64,000 nt of DNA from contig JAVBUM010000031.1 of assembly GCA_031555325.1 (NCBI GenBank), positions 743 through 64,742 on the forward strand. Reading direction: 5' to 3'. Below the pieces are notes generated by a model. The model had not been told where the DNA came from and made no database searches. It saw nothing but the letters and a program-made list of their open reading frames with translations. The position numbers and the translations under genes were made by a program. Positions 19,525 through 29,717 of this stretch are shown one piece after another. This stretch comes from Niveibacterium sp. GTDB taxonomy: Bacteria > Pseudomonadota > Gammaproteobacteria > Burkholderiales > Rhodocyclaceae. The stretch's first letter is position 1. Each line of letters begins with the position of its first letter.

Positions 19525-20559
19525 ATGCAGTTCGCCGGATTCACCCTGCGCAACAACCTGTTCGTCGCGCCCATGGCGGGTGTGACAGACCGGCCGTTCC
19601 GCCAGCTTTGCAAGCGGCTAGGGGCGGGACTTGCCGTATCGGAGATGGTGACATCCAACGCGTTGCTGTATGCGACGGAGAAAACTCGCCGCCGGACCGA
19701 TCATTCTGGCGAGGTCGAACCTGTCTCGGTCCAGATCGCTGGCGCTGACCCGGCAATGATGGCGGACGCAGCGCGTTTCAATGTCGATAACGGCGCCCAG
19801 ATCATCGACATCAACATGGGCTGCCCGGCCAAAAAAGTCTGCAACGTCGCGGCTGGCTCGGCGCTCTTGCGGGACGAAGCCTTGGTTGCGCGGATTCTCG
19901 ACGCAGTGGTTTCGGCGGTACCTGGCGTTCCGGTCACATTAAAGTTCCGTACAGGCTGGAGCCGCGAAAGCCGCAACGCGGTACGCATTGCGCAGATCGC
20001 AGAGGATTCCGGCATCCGCCTGATCGCCCTGCACGGCCGCACTCGCGAAGACAAATACATGGGCTGCGCCGAGTACGACACGATCGCTGAGGTCAAATCC
20101 CGGACTGGAATTCCGGTCATCGCCAACGGCGATATCGACAGCGCGCACAAGGCGCAGATGGTGCTTGACCACACCGGCGCAGACGGTGTGATGATCGGCC
20201 GCGCTGCCCAGGGCCGCCCATGGATCTTTCGCGAGATCGAACACTACCTGGCCACTGGTACGGAATTGGCGCCGCCCAAAGTTAGCGAGATTCGCGAAGT
20301 TTGCCGAGAGCATCTCGCCAATCTTTATGCGTTCTACGGCGAGGACTCCGGCGTACGCATCGCGCGCAAACACATCGCCTGGTACACGAAGGGGCTAGTC
20401 GGCGCACATGCGTTCCGTCAAACCATGAACGTGCTCCCGGATACCACCGCACAACTATCTGCGGTAGACGACTTTTTCGGCAGTCTCTCCATGCTTGGTG
20501 ACCAGCTGAGCTTCGAAGCGACCGCCGACAACAATGATATGCAGGAGCTCGCGGCATGA
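19525..20559 (+). CDS. dusB: tRNA-dihydrouridine synthase B
   Basis: APMAGVTD, DINMGCPAKKV, HGRT, IANGDI, MIGRAAQGRPW. Confidence 0.96.
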   Translation: MQFAGFTLRNNLFVAPMAGVTDRPFRQLCKRLGAGLAVSEMVTSNALLYATEKTRRRTDHSGEVEPVSVQIAGADPAMMADAARFNVDNGAQIIDINMGCPAKKVCNVAAGSALLRDEALVARILDAVVSAVPGVPVTLKFRTGWSRESRNAVRIAQIAEDSGIRLIALHGRTREDKYMGCAEYDTIAEVKSRTGIPVIANGDIDSAHKAQMVLDHTGADGVMIGRAAQGRPWIFREIEHYLATGTELAPPKVSEIREVCREHLANLYAFYGEDSGVRIARKHIAWYTKGLVGAHAFRQTMNVLPDTTAQLSAVDDFFGSLSMLGDQLSFEATADNNDMQELAA

Positions 20560-20792
20560 GCCGCTCTGACGATATTTCTGACTGCGTCCGCCGTGCGCTG
20601 GAACGGTATTTCAAGGATCTCGACGGCGAGAAGCCAACGGGTATTTATGACATGGTGTTGCGTAACATCGAGCGTCCGATGCTGGAGATCGTCATGAAAC
20701 ATGCGGAAGGCAACCAGACACTGGCGGCCGAAATACTCGGCATCAACCGCAACACCCTGCGACGCAAGCTGACCGACCACGAATTGCTCTGA
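20556..20792 (+). CDS. fis: Fis DNA-binding protein
   Basis: [21 protein letters not shown]; dusB-fis operon. Confidence 0.95.
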   Translation: MSRSDDISDCVRRALERYFKDLDGEKPTGIYDMVLRNIERPMLEIVMKHAEGNQTLAAEILGINRNTLRRKLTDHELL

Positions 20793-20823
20793 TGCCGCAC
20801 CTGCGGCTGCAAAGGCTCCACAA

Positions 20824-22422
20824 ATGAAAGTAACCCAAGCCCTTCTCAGCGTTTCCGATAAACAAGGTATCGTCGAATTCGCGCGTGAACTTGCCGCGCT
20901 CGATATCAAGTTGCTCTCCACGGGCGGCACGGCCAAGGCCCTGCGCGATGCCGGCCTGCCAGTCACGGACGTCGGCGATTACACCGGATTCCCGGAAATG
21001 CTCGACGGCCGCGTCAAGACGTTGCATCCGAAAGTCCACGGCGGCATCCTCGCGCGCCGCGATCTGCCCGAACACCTCGAAACGCTGTCAGCGCACGAAA
21101 TCCCACGTATCGATCTCGTTGTGGTGAATCTCTACCCCTTCCAGGCCACGGTGGCCAAGGGCGGCTGCACACTGGAAGATGCGATCGAGAACATCGATAT
21201 CGGTGGGCCAACAATGGTTCGTGCTGCAGCCAAGAACCATGGCACCGAGACCGGGGGCGTCGGCATTGTGACCGATCCCTCCGACTATGCCTCGATCGTC
21301 GCTGAACTGAAATCAACCGGTAGCGCGCTGTCGTACAAGACGCGCTTCGAGCTTGCGCGCAAGGCCTTTACCCATACGGCACGCTACGACAGTGCCATCT
21401 CCAACTGGCTGACCGCCGTCGATAGCGAAAAGCTCGCACCCGCCGAGACTCCAGTTCGCGCCGACTACCCCGCCTGCATCCAGTTTGCCTTCGACAAGGT
21501 ACAAGAGATGCGCTACGGGGAAAACCCGCATCAGAGCGCCGCGTTCTACCGCGACCCCAATGCAGCCCTGGGTGGCATCGCCGGGTACCGGCAGCTCCAG
21601 GGCAAGGAACTCTCGTACAACAACATTGCCGATGCGGACGCTGCCTGGGAATGCGTCAAGGCATTTGACGCTTCAGCGACGCCAGCGTGCGTTATCGTCA
21701 AGCACGCCAACCCATGTGGTGTGGCGCTCGGCATTACGACGGAAGAGGCGTATCGCAAGGCCTTCCAGACCGACCCAACCTCGGCCTTCGGCGGCATCAT
21801 CGCTTTCAATGCGCCGGTTGATAGCGCCACGGCAAAGGCTGTTGCCGCGCAATTCCTTGAAGTGCTGATTGCACCTGCATACACGCCCGAAGCGCTCGAA
21901 GTACTCGCCACGAAACAGAACGTGCGCGTCCTGACCTGCGAACTCGGACGTGTCGCACAAACCGACTTCAAGCGAGTCGGTGGCGGCCTCCTGGTGCAGA
22001 GCTCGGACAACGCGACGGTTTCGCGTGAATCGCTCAAAGTTGTCACGCGCCGCACACCGACCGAACAGGAATGGAATGATCTGCTCTTCGCTTGGCGGGT
22101 TGCCAAATACGTTAAGTCAAACGCAATCGTCTACTGCAAGGACGGCATGACGATCGGTGTCGGTGCAGGCCAGATGAGCCGTGTGGACTCCGCGCGCATT
22201 GCCAAGATCAAGGCGGAGAACGCCGGACTGTCCATCATTGGGACAGCGGCCGCCTCGGATGCCTTCTTCCCGTTCCGCGACGGCCTCGACGTACTCGCCC
22301 AGGCCGGCGCAACGGCGGTAATCCAGCCCGGTGGCTCGGTGCGTGACGGAGAAGTCATCGCTGCTGCCGACGAACAGGACATCGCGATGGTGTTCACGAG
22401 CATCCGGCATTTCCGCCACTGA
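20824..22422 (+). CDS. purH: AICAR transformylase / IMP cyclohydrolase
   Basis: [44 protein letters not shown]. Confidence 0.98.
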   Translation: MKVTQALLSVSDKQGIVEFARELAALDIKLLSTGGTAKALRDAGLPVTDVGDYTGFPEMLDGRVKTLHPKVHGGILARRDLPEHLETLSAHEIPRIDLVVVNLYPFQATVAKGGCTLEDAIENIDIGGPTMVRAAAKNHGTETGGVGIVTDPSDYASIVAELKSTGSALSYKTRFELARKAFTHTARYDSAISNWLTAVDSEKLAPAETPVRADYPACIQFAFDKVQEMRYGENPHQSAAFYRDPNAALGGIAGYRQLQGKELSYNNIADADAAWECVKAFDASATPACVIVKHANPCGVALGITTEEAYRKAFQTDPTSAFGGIIAFNAPVDSATAKAVAAQFLEVLIAPAYTPEALEVLATKQNVRVLTCELGRVAQTDFKRVGGGLLVQSSDNATVSRESLKVVTRRTPTEQEWNDLLFAWRVAKYVKSNAIVYCKDGMTIGVGAGQMSRVDSARIAKIKAENAGLSIIGTAAASDAFFPFRDGLDVLAQAGATAVIQPGGSVRDGEVIAAADEQDIAMVFTSIRHFRH

Positions 22423-22433
22423 CTGAGGGCTTC

Positions 22434-23045
22434 ATGAGTAGCAGAATCGTGCAGGCTGTTGTCGGCCTGCTAGGGATCATGTTGTGCTCGCTGGCGCTGG
22501 CGCAGGAGGCGCCAGCCAAAGCCACGAATTCTGATGAGCCCTGGTACACACAGGGCTGGAACACGGTAGTGACGGAGAGCACTAACATCGTCAAGGATGG
22601 AGGCTGGGACTTCTACTTCCCAGTCAAGACTTTCCACCTGCCGATCGCTTACACGGCAGAGCAGCGTGAAAAATACAATAACAGCCCGATGCCTGCGTTC
22701 GGCATCGGTCGCGGCCTGTTCCTTGAGAACGGCAATTGGGAAGGGCTCTACGCAATGGGATTCCGCGATTCCAACGACAAGCCGTCGTGGATGGCCGGAT
22801 ACTCGTACCGCTGGCTTTGGAGCGCGCCATCAATCAACGGTTTCTACGGAATCGGCGTCACTGCATTCCTAATGTCGCGCGAAGACTACCTTAACTACTT
22901 TCCGTTTCCGGCCGCCCTGCCAATGTTCACGCTTGGTTTTCGCAATGTTTCGTTCGAGAGTGCCTTCGTGCCCGGAGGCAAGGGCAATGGCAATGTATTT
23001 TTCATCTGGATGAAGCTCGAAGAGAAAGAAAGGCCTCGCTCATGA
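22434..23045 (+). CDS. pagP: Lipid A acyltransferase PagP-like outer membrane beta-barrel
   Basis: Signal peptide; TFH (catalytic His), [14 protein letters not shown] (Asp-Ser), [19 protein letters not shown] align with E. coli PagP as recalled. Confidence 0.85.
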   Translation: MSSRIVQAVVGLLGIMLCSLALAQEAPAKATNSDEPWYTQGWNTVVTESTNIVKDGGWDFYFPVKTFHLPIAYTAEQREKYNNSPMPAFGIGRGLFLENGNWEGLYAMGFRDSNDKPSWMAGYSYRWLWSAPSINGFYGIGVTAFLMSREDYLNYFPFPAALPMFTLGFRNVSFESAFVPGGKGNGNVFFIWMKLEEKERPRS

Positions 23046-24313
23046 AACTGCTCGTCATCGGCTCTGGCGGCCGGGAACACGCGCTGGCCTGGAAGCTAGC
23101 GCAGTCACCACGCGTGCAGAAGGTCTATGTAGCGCCCGGCAATGCGGGGACCGCGCACATGCCGGGCATCGAGAATGCTCCGATCACGTCGATTCCAGTG
23201 CTGATCGAGTTCGTCAAGCGTGAAGAGATCTCGCTGACAATCGTTGGCCCCGAGGCACCACTGGCTGCGGGTGTGGTCGATGCGTTCCGCCACGCCGGGC
23301 TGCCCATCTTCGGCCCAACCAAGGCCTCCGCACAGCTTGAGTCCTCAAAGGACTTCGCCAAGCAGTTTCTCGTCCGCCACAAGATCCCGACGGCGAAGTA
23401 CAAAACGTTCACAGATGCGAAACCCGCCCACGCCTACGTGGACGCAGAAGGTGCTCCTATCGTTGTCAAGGCTGACGGGCTTGCCGCCGGCAAGGGCGTC
23501 GTTGTCGCCATGTCGGTCGAAGAGGCGCATGCCGCGATCGACATGATGCTGGTCGGTAACAAGATGGGGGACGCTGGCGCACGCGTGGTCATCGAAGAGT
23601 TCATGCAGGGAGAAGAAGCCAGCTTCATCGTTATGGCCGATGGCCGCCACGCGCTTGCACTCGCCACGAGCCAGGACCACAAACGCTTGCTCGATGGCGA
23701 TCAGGGGCCGAATACCGGCGGGATGGGCGCCTATTCACCTGCACCGGTAGTCACACCGCAAGTGCACGCACGCGTCATGCGCGAGATCATCCAGCCCACG
23801 CTTGCAGGCATGGCGGTCGAGGGGCACCCCTACACAGGCTTCCTGTACGCGGGTCTGATGATCGATGCTGAAGGCGCTCCGCGCGTCGTCGAGTTCAACT
23901 GCCGGATGGGCGACCCCGAAACGCAGCCGATCATGGTGCGGCTCAAGACCGATCTGGTCGAATTGGTCGAAACAGCGCTAGCGGGGAAACTCGATCAGGC
24001 AGAAGCCGAATGGGACCGCCGCGACGCACTCGGGGTGGTACTCGCCGCAGCCGGATATCCAGAGGATCCGCGAAAGGGCGACATTATTGAAGGACTCACG
24101 GGCAAACACGAGGACGTCGAGGTCTTCCATGCCGGCACTGCCTTGGCCAAGAACGATCATGTTGTAACTGCTGGCGGCCGGGTGCTATGTGTTACCGCAC
24201 TGGGCGACTCGGTCAAGCTCGCACAGGCCAAGGCCTATGATGCCATCGCGCAGATTCATTTCGAGGGTATGCAGTACCGACAGGATATCGGCCATCGCGC
24301 CGTAAAACGCTGA
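23042..24313 (+). CDS. purD: Phosphoribosylamine-glycine ligase
   Basis: GSGGREHAL, APGNAG, LESSKDFAK, KADGLAAGKGV, GPNTGGMGAY. Confidence 0.98.
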   Translation: MKLLVIGSGGREHALAWKLAQSPRVQKVYVAPGNAGTAHMPGIENAPITSIPVLIEFVKREEISLTIVGPEAPLAAGVVDAFRHAGLPIFGPTKASAQLESSKDFAKQFLVRHKIPTAKYKTFTDAKPAHAYVDAEGAPIVVKADGLAAGKGVVVAMSVEEAHAAIDMMLVGNKMGDAGARVVIEEFMQGEEASFIVMADGRHALALATSQDHKRLLDGDQGPNTGGMGAYSPAPVVTPQVHARVMREIIQPTLAGMAVEGHPYTGFLYAGLMIDAEGAPRVVEFNCRMGDPETQPIMVRLKTDLVELVETALAGKLDQAEAEWDRRDALGVVLAAAGYPEDPRKGDIIEGLTGKHEDVEVFHAGTALAKNDHVVTAGGRVLCVTALGDSVKLAQAKAYDAIAQIHFEGMQYRQDIGHRAVKR

Positions 24314-24316
24314 TAC

Positions 24317-25231
24317 ATGCAAGCCGACGCCAACCAGGTCAAGGGCTTTCTGCTCGAACTTCACGCCAGCATCATCGCTGAGCTGGAGGCGCTCGATGGC
24401 GAACGGGCATTCCGTATCGACCGTTGGGACCGCCCCACAGGTGGCGGAGGCATGACCGCCCTCATCGAAGGCGGTGCACTATTCGAGCGTGGGGGCGTCG
24501 CCTTTTCTCATGTCACAGGCGACAAGCTACCACCATCGGCGACCGCACATCGGCCCGAGCTCGCCGGAGCACATTGGGAGGCTATGGGCGTCTCGCTCGT
24601 GATGCATCCGGAGAACCCATACTGCCCAACCGCGCACATGAACGTACGCTTCTTCATTGCCTTGCCAGAGGGGCGCGACCCGGTATGGTGGTTCGGCGGA
24701 GGCATGGATCTAACGCCCTACTACGGCTTTGAGGAGGACGCACAGCACTTCCATCGTGTCTGCCACGACGTTCTGGCACCATTCGGCGGAGATGTGCATC
24801 GGCGCTACAAGCAGTGGTGCGACGAGTATTTCTTTATCAAGCATCGCAACGAACCACGCGGCATCGGCGGCATTTTCTTTGACGATTTGTCGGAAGGGGG
24901 CTTCGATCGCTGCTTTTCGCTGACCCATGCCGTCGGAGAAGCCTTCACTCGCGCTTATACGCCCATCCTTGAACGTCGCCGGGGGACCCCCTTCGGAGAG
25001 CGCGAACGAGATTTCCAGTGTTACCGGCGCGGTCGTTACGTGGAATTCAACCTGGTCTGGGACCGCGGTACGCTGTTTGGCCTCCAGTCGGGCGGACGGA
25101 CCGAAGCGATCCTCATGTCGATGCCACCGCTCGTGAAGTGGCGCTACGACTGGCAGCCCGAGCCGGGCAGCGCCGAGGCGCGGCTATACGAAGTGTTCCT
25201 CAAACCGCAGGACTGGGCTGCCATGGCTTGA
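24317..25231 (+). CDS. hemF: Oxygen-dependent coproporphyrinogen III oxidase
   Basis: [40 protein letters not shown]. Confidence 0.97.
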   Translation: MQADANQVKGFLLELHASIIAELEALDGERAFRIDRWDRPTGGGGMTALIEGGALFERGGVAFSHVTGDKLPPSATAHRPELAGAHWEAMGVSLVMHPENPYCPTAHMNVRFFIALPEGRDPVWWFGGGMDLTPYYGFEEDAQHFHRVCHDVLAPFGGDVHRRYKQWCDEYFFIKHRNEPRGIGGIFFDDLSEGGFDRCFSLTHAVGEAFTRAYTPILERRRGTPFGERERDFQCYRRGRYVEFNLVWDRGTLFGLQSGGRTEAILMSMPPLVKWRYDWQPEPGSAEARLYEVFLKPQDWAAMA

Positions 25232-25385
25232 CTGCAAGCGACAGTGCCCGGCGATACTCGCTGATGCATACCCCCTCACTCCAATCCCGACGCCGCGGCA
25301 TCGCTGCCCGCTTCCGCGCGGACCGCATGCGCACGTCCATCAATCTGGAATGAGCTGACACATCCAGCCAAACAGGTTTCCCCGG

Positions 25386-25418
25386 AAGGCCGCGATCGCT
25401 CGCGGCCTTTTCGTTTTT
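25386..25418 (+). terminator. Rho-independent terminator
   Basis: AAGGCCGCGA-TCGC-TCGCGGCCTT 10-bp stem followed by TTCGTTTTT. Confidence 0.8.
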
Positions 25419-25545
25419 CAGCACCCACTGGTAATAAGCGCGGGCCCCACCTGCTGCCTGATAGGAGACCATATCAGTGGTTCACGACTATCACGCCCAC
25501 CTTGACCGGATGGCCAAAAAAGCAAGAGCCCTGAAACCCAACCGG

Positions 25546-26721
25546 TCAGCTCTCGCCGATCTCCGCGGCGAGCCTGAAGTGACGCATCGCGAGCGCTTCC
25601 CGATCGATGCGCTCGCCAAGCCGTGCAAGCTCGAGATGGGCCGCACGCGTGGGAGAAATCGACAGAGAGGCCTCAAGATAGCTCTGCGCCTTGCCCCACA
25701 GCTGCTGCTGAATGCAAAGACGACCCAGCGTGAGCAGCAGGCGTTCGTCAGAACGGCGCTCACGTACCCAGCGTTCGGCATCCGCAATCCGATCGAGCAC
25801 CTTACCGCCCTCGATTCGTCCAAACCGCTCAGCGAGTTGAGAATCCCACTGCGCGTCGAGCGCATTCGAGATTGCCTCGGCAGCGAGATCGGCCTCACCC
25901 ACTGCGGCGAGCAGCGGTGCCGCCCCGCGCACCAGACTGCCATCTTCCCGTTCGGATTTAGGAATCGAATTCCAGTAGCGCGTGAGCACTCCAGCATCGC
26001 CCTCTCGCTCACGCATGCTTTCCAGATGAGCACGCCGGATGAGCGGCGCAGCCTGATCCGGTGTCAATGCACGATGACTGGCGAGCTGTCGAGCAAGACG
26101 CAAAACTTCAGCCCAGTCTCCACGGGCAGCAGCAACCTGAAGCGACAGGCGCAGCGCCGCGATCTGCCTCGCACCACCACTGCGCAGGGCATCAAGCCGC
26201 TCAGCCGCGACATCGAATTCACGATCCGTCACGGCAAATTCGGCCTCCGTCATGAGGCGCGCCGCACGCACTTCGCCGTCATGCAATGACGCTTTGGCCA
26301 GCCATTCGTCACAGCGTTTGAGCTCACGCATTGCGTGAGCGGCCCGCGCCGCGATCAGCGCAGCAAGCCCACGAGACGCACCAGCGTCATGGGCCGCGAT
26401 AGCCTGCGCGAAAGCACGTCCATAACGTCCCTCGAGCATGAATCGCTGCGCATCCTTCAGCGCCTGCTCGGCCCGCTCATGCTTCTGACGCTCACGAAAA
26501 CCAGCGACAGCCGTCGGAAGAGAAAGCGCTCGGGCAACGACGCGCGTCGCCACATACAGTGCTGCGAAGAGCAGGACGAAAACGATCACCAGCAGATTCA
26601 GTGAAACGTGCACACGCCACGGGGCGAACACGAACAGCGCATAGGCCTCGTTGTAGGAAAGCGCGACGGCAATGCCAACCGCAAGCGCGAAGATGCCGAG
26701 CAGCCAGAGGAGGATCCGCAT
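25546..26721 (-). CDS. hemY: HemY-like TPR membrane protein
   Basis: Two N-terminal TM helices, TPR helices, LGRLC..QLWGKA; hemCDXY order. Confidence 0.88.
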   Translation of the reverse strand: MRILLWLLGIFALAVGIAVALSYNEAYALFVFAPWRVHVSLNLLVIVFVLLFAALYVATRVVARALSLPTAVAGFRERQKHERAEQALKDAQRFMLEGRYGRAFAQAIAAHDAGASRGLAALIAARAAHAMRELKRCDEWLAKASLHDGEVRAARLMTEAEFAVTDREFDVAAERLDALRSGGARQIAALRLSLQVAAARGDWAEVLRLARQLASHRALTPDQAAPLIRRAHLESMREREGDAGVLTRYWNSIPKSEREDGSLVRGAAPLLAAVGEADLAAEAISNALDAQWDSQLAERFGRIEGGKVLDRIADAERWVRERRSDERLLLTLGRLCIQQQLWGKAQSYLEASLSISPTRAAHLELARLGERIDREALAMRHFRLAAEIGES

Positions 26722-26730
26722 CGACGATCC

Positions 26731-27795
26731 TCAGCGCCCGCCAGCCTGGCGCACGTTGCGCAGCGCTGCCAGTGTGTCGTTGAGATTGGGCAGCTCGATC
26801 GACAGGCGGACGTTCTGCATGTTCCTCAGCTCCGCGATTCGCTGCGCCACGTCTCGATCCGCAACATCGAAATAGCGATCCATCCAAGCGGCAGCTTGTT
26901 TCGTATCATCGCGAAAAACGCGGCCATCACGCTGCAATAGCGCAAGTCGGGCAGAGAGCAGCCGCAAGCGCAGATTTTCGCGCAGGAAGACGGCTTGCGA
27001 CGGCGATAGAAGCGCGGGATCAGGCCGGTCGAGCCGCTCAATGCGGATCACATTGCGAATATCGGACCAGATGTCAGAAGCGAAAGCGGCGAACCAGCTC
27101 GGCGCCTCCTCAACTGGAGCCGACTGCCCCGCCATTGGCGTGCGCGCTTTTTTTTCTGCCCGTGGAGAGTGTTCAAACGCAAGCGGCAGCGTATCGATGC
27201 GATCGATGAGATTTTCCAGCGATAGTCCAAGCGAAGAAATGTCGGCCATCGGAACCGCCTTGAGGCGATCGATGTCGTGCGCGATGGATTTGCGCAAAGG
27301 CAGCAACTGGGGTCGGTCGAACCCCGAGAGACGCTGATCAGCTGACTGCAACGCAATCAACGCCGCTTGAACGTTGCCAGCCAATTGAAGTTGCTGCTGT
27401 GCAACACCCAGCGCCTGCTCGACTTCCGCCAGCACCCACTCGTCGCGCGAACGCGAGAGATCCTGGTACAACGCCTCAAGCGCCGCCTGTTGGCCCTGCG
27501 CCTCGGCCAATTTGGCTTCGAGGACCGCTACGCGGTTACCCTGTGCGTTCATGCGCTCCTGAACGTCACGCGCCTGCGATTTGGCTTCACGTGCTGCAGC
27601 ATCGGACTCGCCCAGCCGCTGAGCCACCTGCGTTTGCAGCAGATCGAGACGCGTCCGGGTTTCGATCCACTGCCACGCTAGCACGGCCAACCCTATAAGT
27701 AGCGCAATGACGAGCGGATTGCCGATCAGCGTACGCCATGACCTGCGATGCGGCGCTGAGGTTGATGCAGTTTCGGTAGCGGCTTGGGAATCCAT
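26731..27795 (-). CDS. hemX: HemX-family protein
   Basis: TM plus coiled coil, EWVLAEVE, LRENLRLRLL. Confidence 0.88.
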   Translation of the reverse strand: MDSQAATETASTSAPHRRSWRTLIGNPLVIALLIGLAVLAWQWIETRTRLDLLQTQVAQRLGESDAAAREAKSQARDVQERMNAQGNRVAVLEAKLAEAQGQQAALEALYQDLSRSRDEWVLAEVEQALGVAQQQLQLAGNVQAALIALQSADQRLSGFDRPQLLPLRKSIAHDIDRLKAVPMADISSLGLSLENLIDRIDTLPLAFEHSPRAEKKARTPMAGQSAPVEEAPSWFAAFASDIWSDIRNVIRIERLDRPDPALLSPSQAVFLRENLRLRLLSARLALLQRDGRVFRDDTKQAAAWMDRYFDVADRDVAQRIAELRNMQNVRLSIELPNLNDTLAALRNVRQAGGR

Positions 27796-27817
27796 GATGG
27801 CAATGATAACCGAGGCG

Positions 27818-28579
27818 TCAGGATCGGGCGCCGTAGTAGCCCAGAATGCCCTGCATGAGGCCTACATCACCCCCCGCGGTCTCGTAAACATCATCGAAAC
27901 CGGCTTTGCGTGCAGCCTCAGCGATGCGGCCATGCGGTACGAATACAGGCTTTGCAGTCAGCGAAACAACCCCCTGCTCACGCAACAAACCGGCCAGATG
28001 CCGAACCGCTTCACTGCTCGTCAGTGTCAGCGCATCCGCGCGTAGAAATTCCGCACAGGAAACGAGAGGAAGGCGGCGCCGATAGCAAGTTGCGATCTCC
28101 ACGGTCGCGCCTCGCTTGCGAAGCTCATCTGCCAAAAGTTCGCGCCCGCCATCCCCGCGTAGGATCAACACCCCATGCCCATGAATGCGCTCCGCGGAAA
28201 ACTCTGGCAACCCGAGCACACCCTCCGTATCGAAACGATCCGGCGGGGCAAGCACATCGGCGAAGCCGGCCTCATACAGCGCGCGTGCACTTCCCGGCCC
28301 GACGGTCGCCACGGCCGGGCCAGGTGGCCATGCACGATGCTTGCGGATCTGCGTGACACCGTGTGCAACAGCATTGGCGCTGACAAAGAAAACGCGATCG
28401 AAGCTGTCGAGACGTGTGGCCAGATCGCGATAGTCCGTACCCTCATGAGGCTCGATCTCGATCAGCGGCACCTCCAACGCTACGCCACCCGCCGCCTCGA
28501 TGGCTGCCGTCAATGCTGCGGCTTGGCCTGGTGGCCTGGTGATCGCTATACAGCGACCTGTAAGCACGGATTCAGGCAT
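27818..28579 (-). CDS. hemD: Uroporphyrinogen-III synthase
   Basis: [34 protein letters not shown]. Confidence 0.93.
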   Translation of the reverse strand: MPESVLTGRCIAITRPPGQAAALTAAIEAAGGVALEVPLIEIEPHEGTDYRDLATRLDSFDRVFFVSANAVAHGVTQIRKHRAWPPGPAVATVGPGSARALYEAGFADVLAPPDRFDTEGVLGLPEFSAERIHGHGVLILRGDGGRELLADELRKRGATVEIATCYRRRLPLVSCAEFLRADALTLTSSEAVRHLAGLLREQGVVSLTAKPVFVPHGRIAEAARKAGFDDVYETAGGDVGLMQGILGYYGARS

Positions 28580-29522
28580 TGCCTGCTGCGAGTTCAGCGA
28601 GGATTGCTTCAGCACCACGCGCACGCAGCGCGTCAGCAACGGCAAGCCCGATCGCAACGGCATCAGTGGGTGCACCGCGAAGCTCTGCGCGCGCGAAGCG
28701 CTGGCCGTCAGGCGTGGCGACAAAGGCACGCAGCCAGAGCTTGGCATCCTCGATCTTGGCATGTGCGCCAATCGGGACCTCGCACCCCCCCCCGAGCGAC
28801 TTCGTCAGTGTCCGCTCGGCATTCACGCATGCAGTGGTCGGCTCATCGACAAGGGGCGCCAGCCAGGCTGCAACGTCACTACGCGAGGCGAGTGCCTCGA
28901 TCGCCAGCGCACCTTGCCCTGCAGCAGGCAACGACACACCATCCGGAAGGCATGTGCGAATCCGCTCGCCAAGCCCCAGCCGTTTGAGTCCGGCGGCCGC
29001 CAGGACGATGGCGTCATACTGCCCCTCGTCCAGTTTGCGCAAGCGTGTGCCAAGGTTGCCGCGTAACGGCGCGACCGCAAGGTACGGATACTGAGCATGG
29101 ATCTGCGCTTCTCGGCGCAGGCTTGACGTTCCGACCACGGCTCCCGGCGGCATCTCGTCGAGGCTTGCGTATTTCGATGAAACGAGGGCGTCCAGCGGAT
29201 CCTCACGCTCAAGAATCGCGGCAATGCAGAACGGGTCAAGAAGCTCCGCCGGCACATCCTTCATCGAATGCACCGCGATGTCGGCTCGGCCATCAAGTAG
29301 CGCCGCCTCCAGTTCCTTCACGAACAGTCCCTTACCGCCCACTTTTGAAAGAGTGCGATCGAGGATCTGGTCGCCTCGGGTCGTCATCCCGAGCAGTTCG
29401 ACGCTGCACCCCGGATAGAGCGCAGCCAGCTTTGCTTTCACATGTTCGGCCTGCCATAGCGCAAGTGGACTCTCGCGCGTCGCGATGACGATGCGTTGGG
29501 GTGCGGACGGATTGTGGGTCAT
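28572..29522 (-). CDS. hemC: Hydroxymethylbilane synthase (porphobilinogen deaminase)
   Basis: [44 protein letters not shown]. Confidence 0.97.
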   Translation of the reverse strand: MTHNPSAPQRIVIATRESPLALWQAEHVKAKLAALYPGCSVELLGMTTRGDQILDRTLSKVGGKGLFVKELEAALLDGRADIAVHSMKDVPAELLDPFCIAAILEREDPLDALVSSKYASLDEMPPGAVVGTSSLRREAQIHAQYPYLAVAPLRGNLGTRLRKLDEGQYDAIVLAAAGLKRLGLGERIRTCLPDGVSLPAAGQGALAIEALASRSDVAAWLAPLVDEPTTACVNAERTLTKSLGGGCEVPIGAHAKIEDAKLWLRAFVATPDGQRFARAELRGAPTDAVAIGLAVADALRARGAEAILAELAAGNA

Positions 29523-29717
29523 CGGATTTATGCTGCAGCGTAGGAGATTCAGGTGCCGCGATGGTACCACCGCCCGAAATCCGCAGCGTCTGATCGGCAA
29601 ACCCCTGATAAAATAGGGTTTTTGTGCGGCCGCGAATTTGCCGCGCAGAACTTCCGCGTCGGGCGGGCCCCGTTTTCCCACCGGCCGCGTTCCCCCACCC
29701 CCAATCAAGACACAAGA

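Noticed and set aside
25463-26289. AGGAG plus GTG 25477 ORF (270 aa)
   Set aside because: Lies downstream of a plus-strand terminator and almost wholly antisense to hemY; no recognisable motifs.
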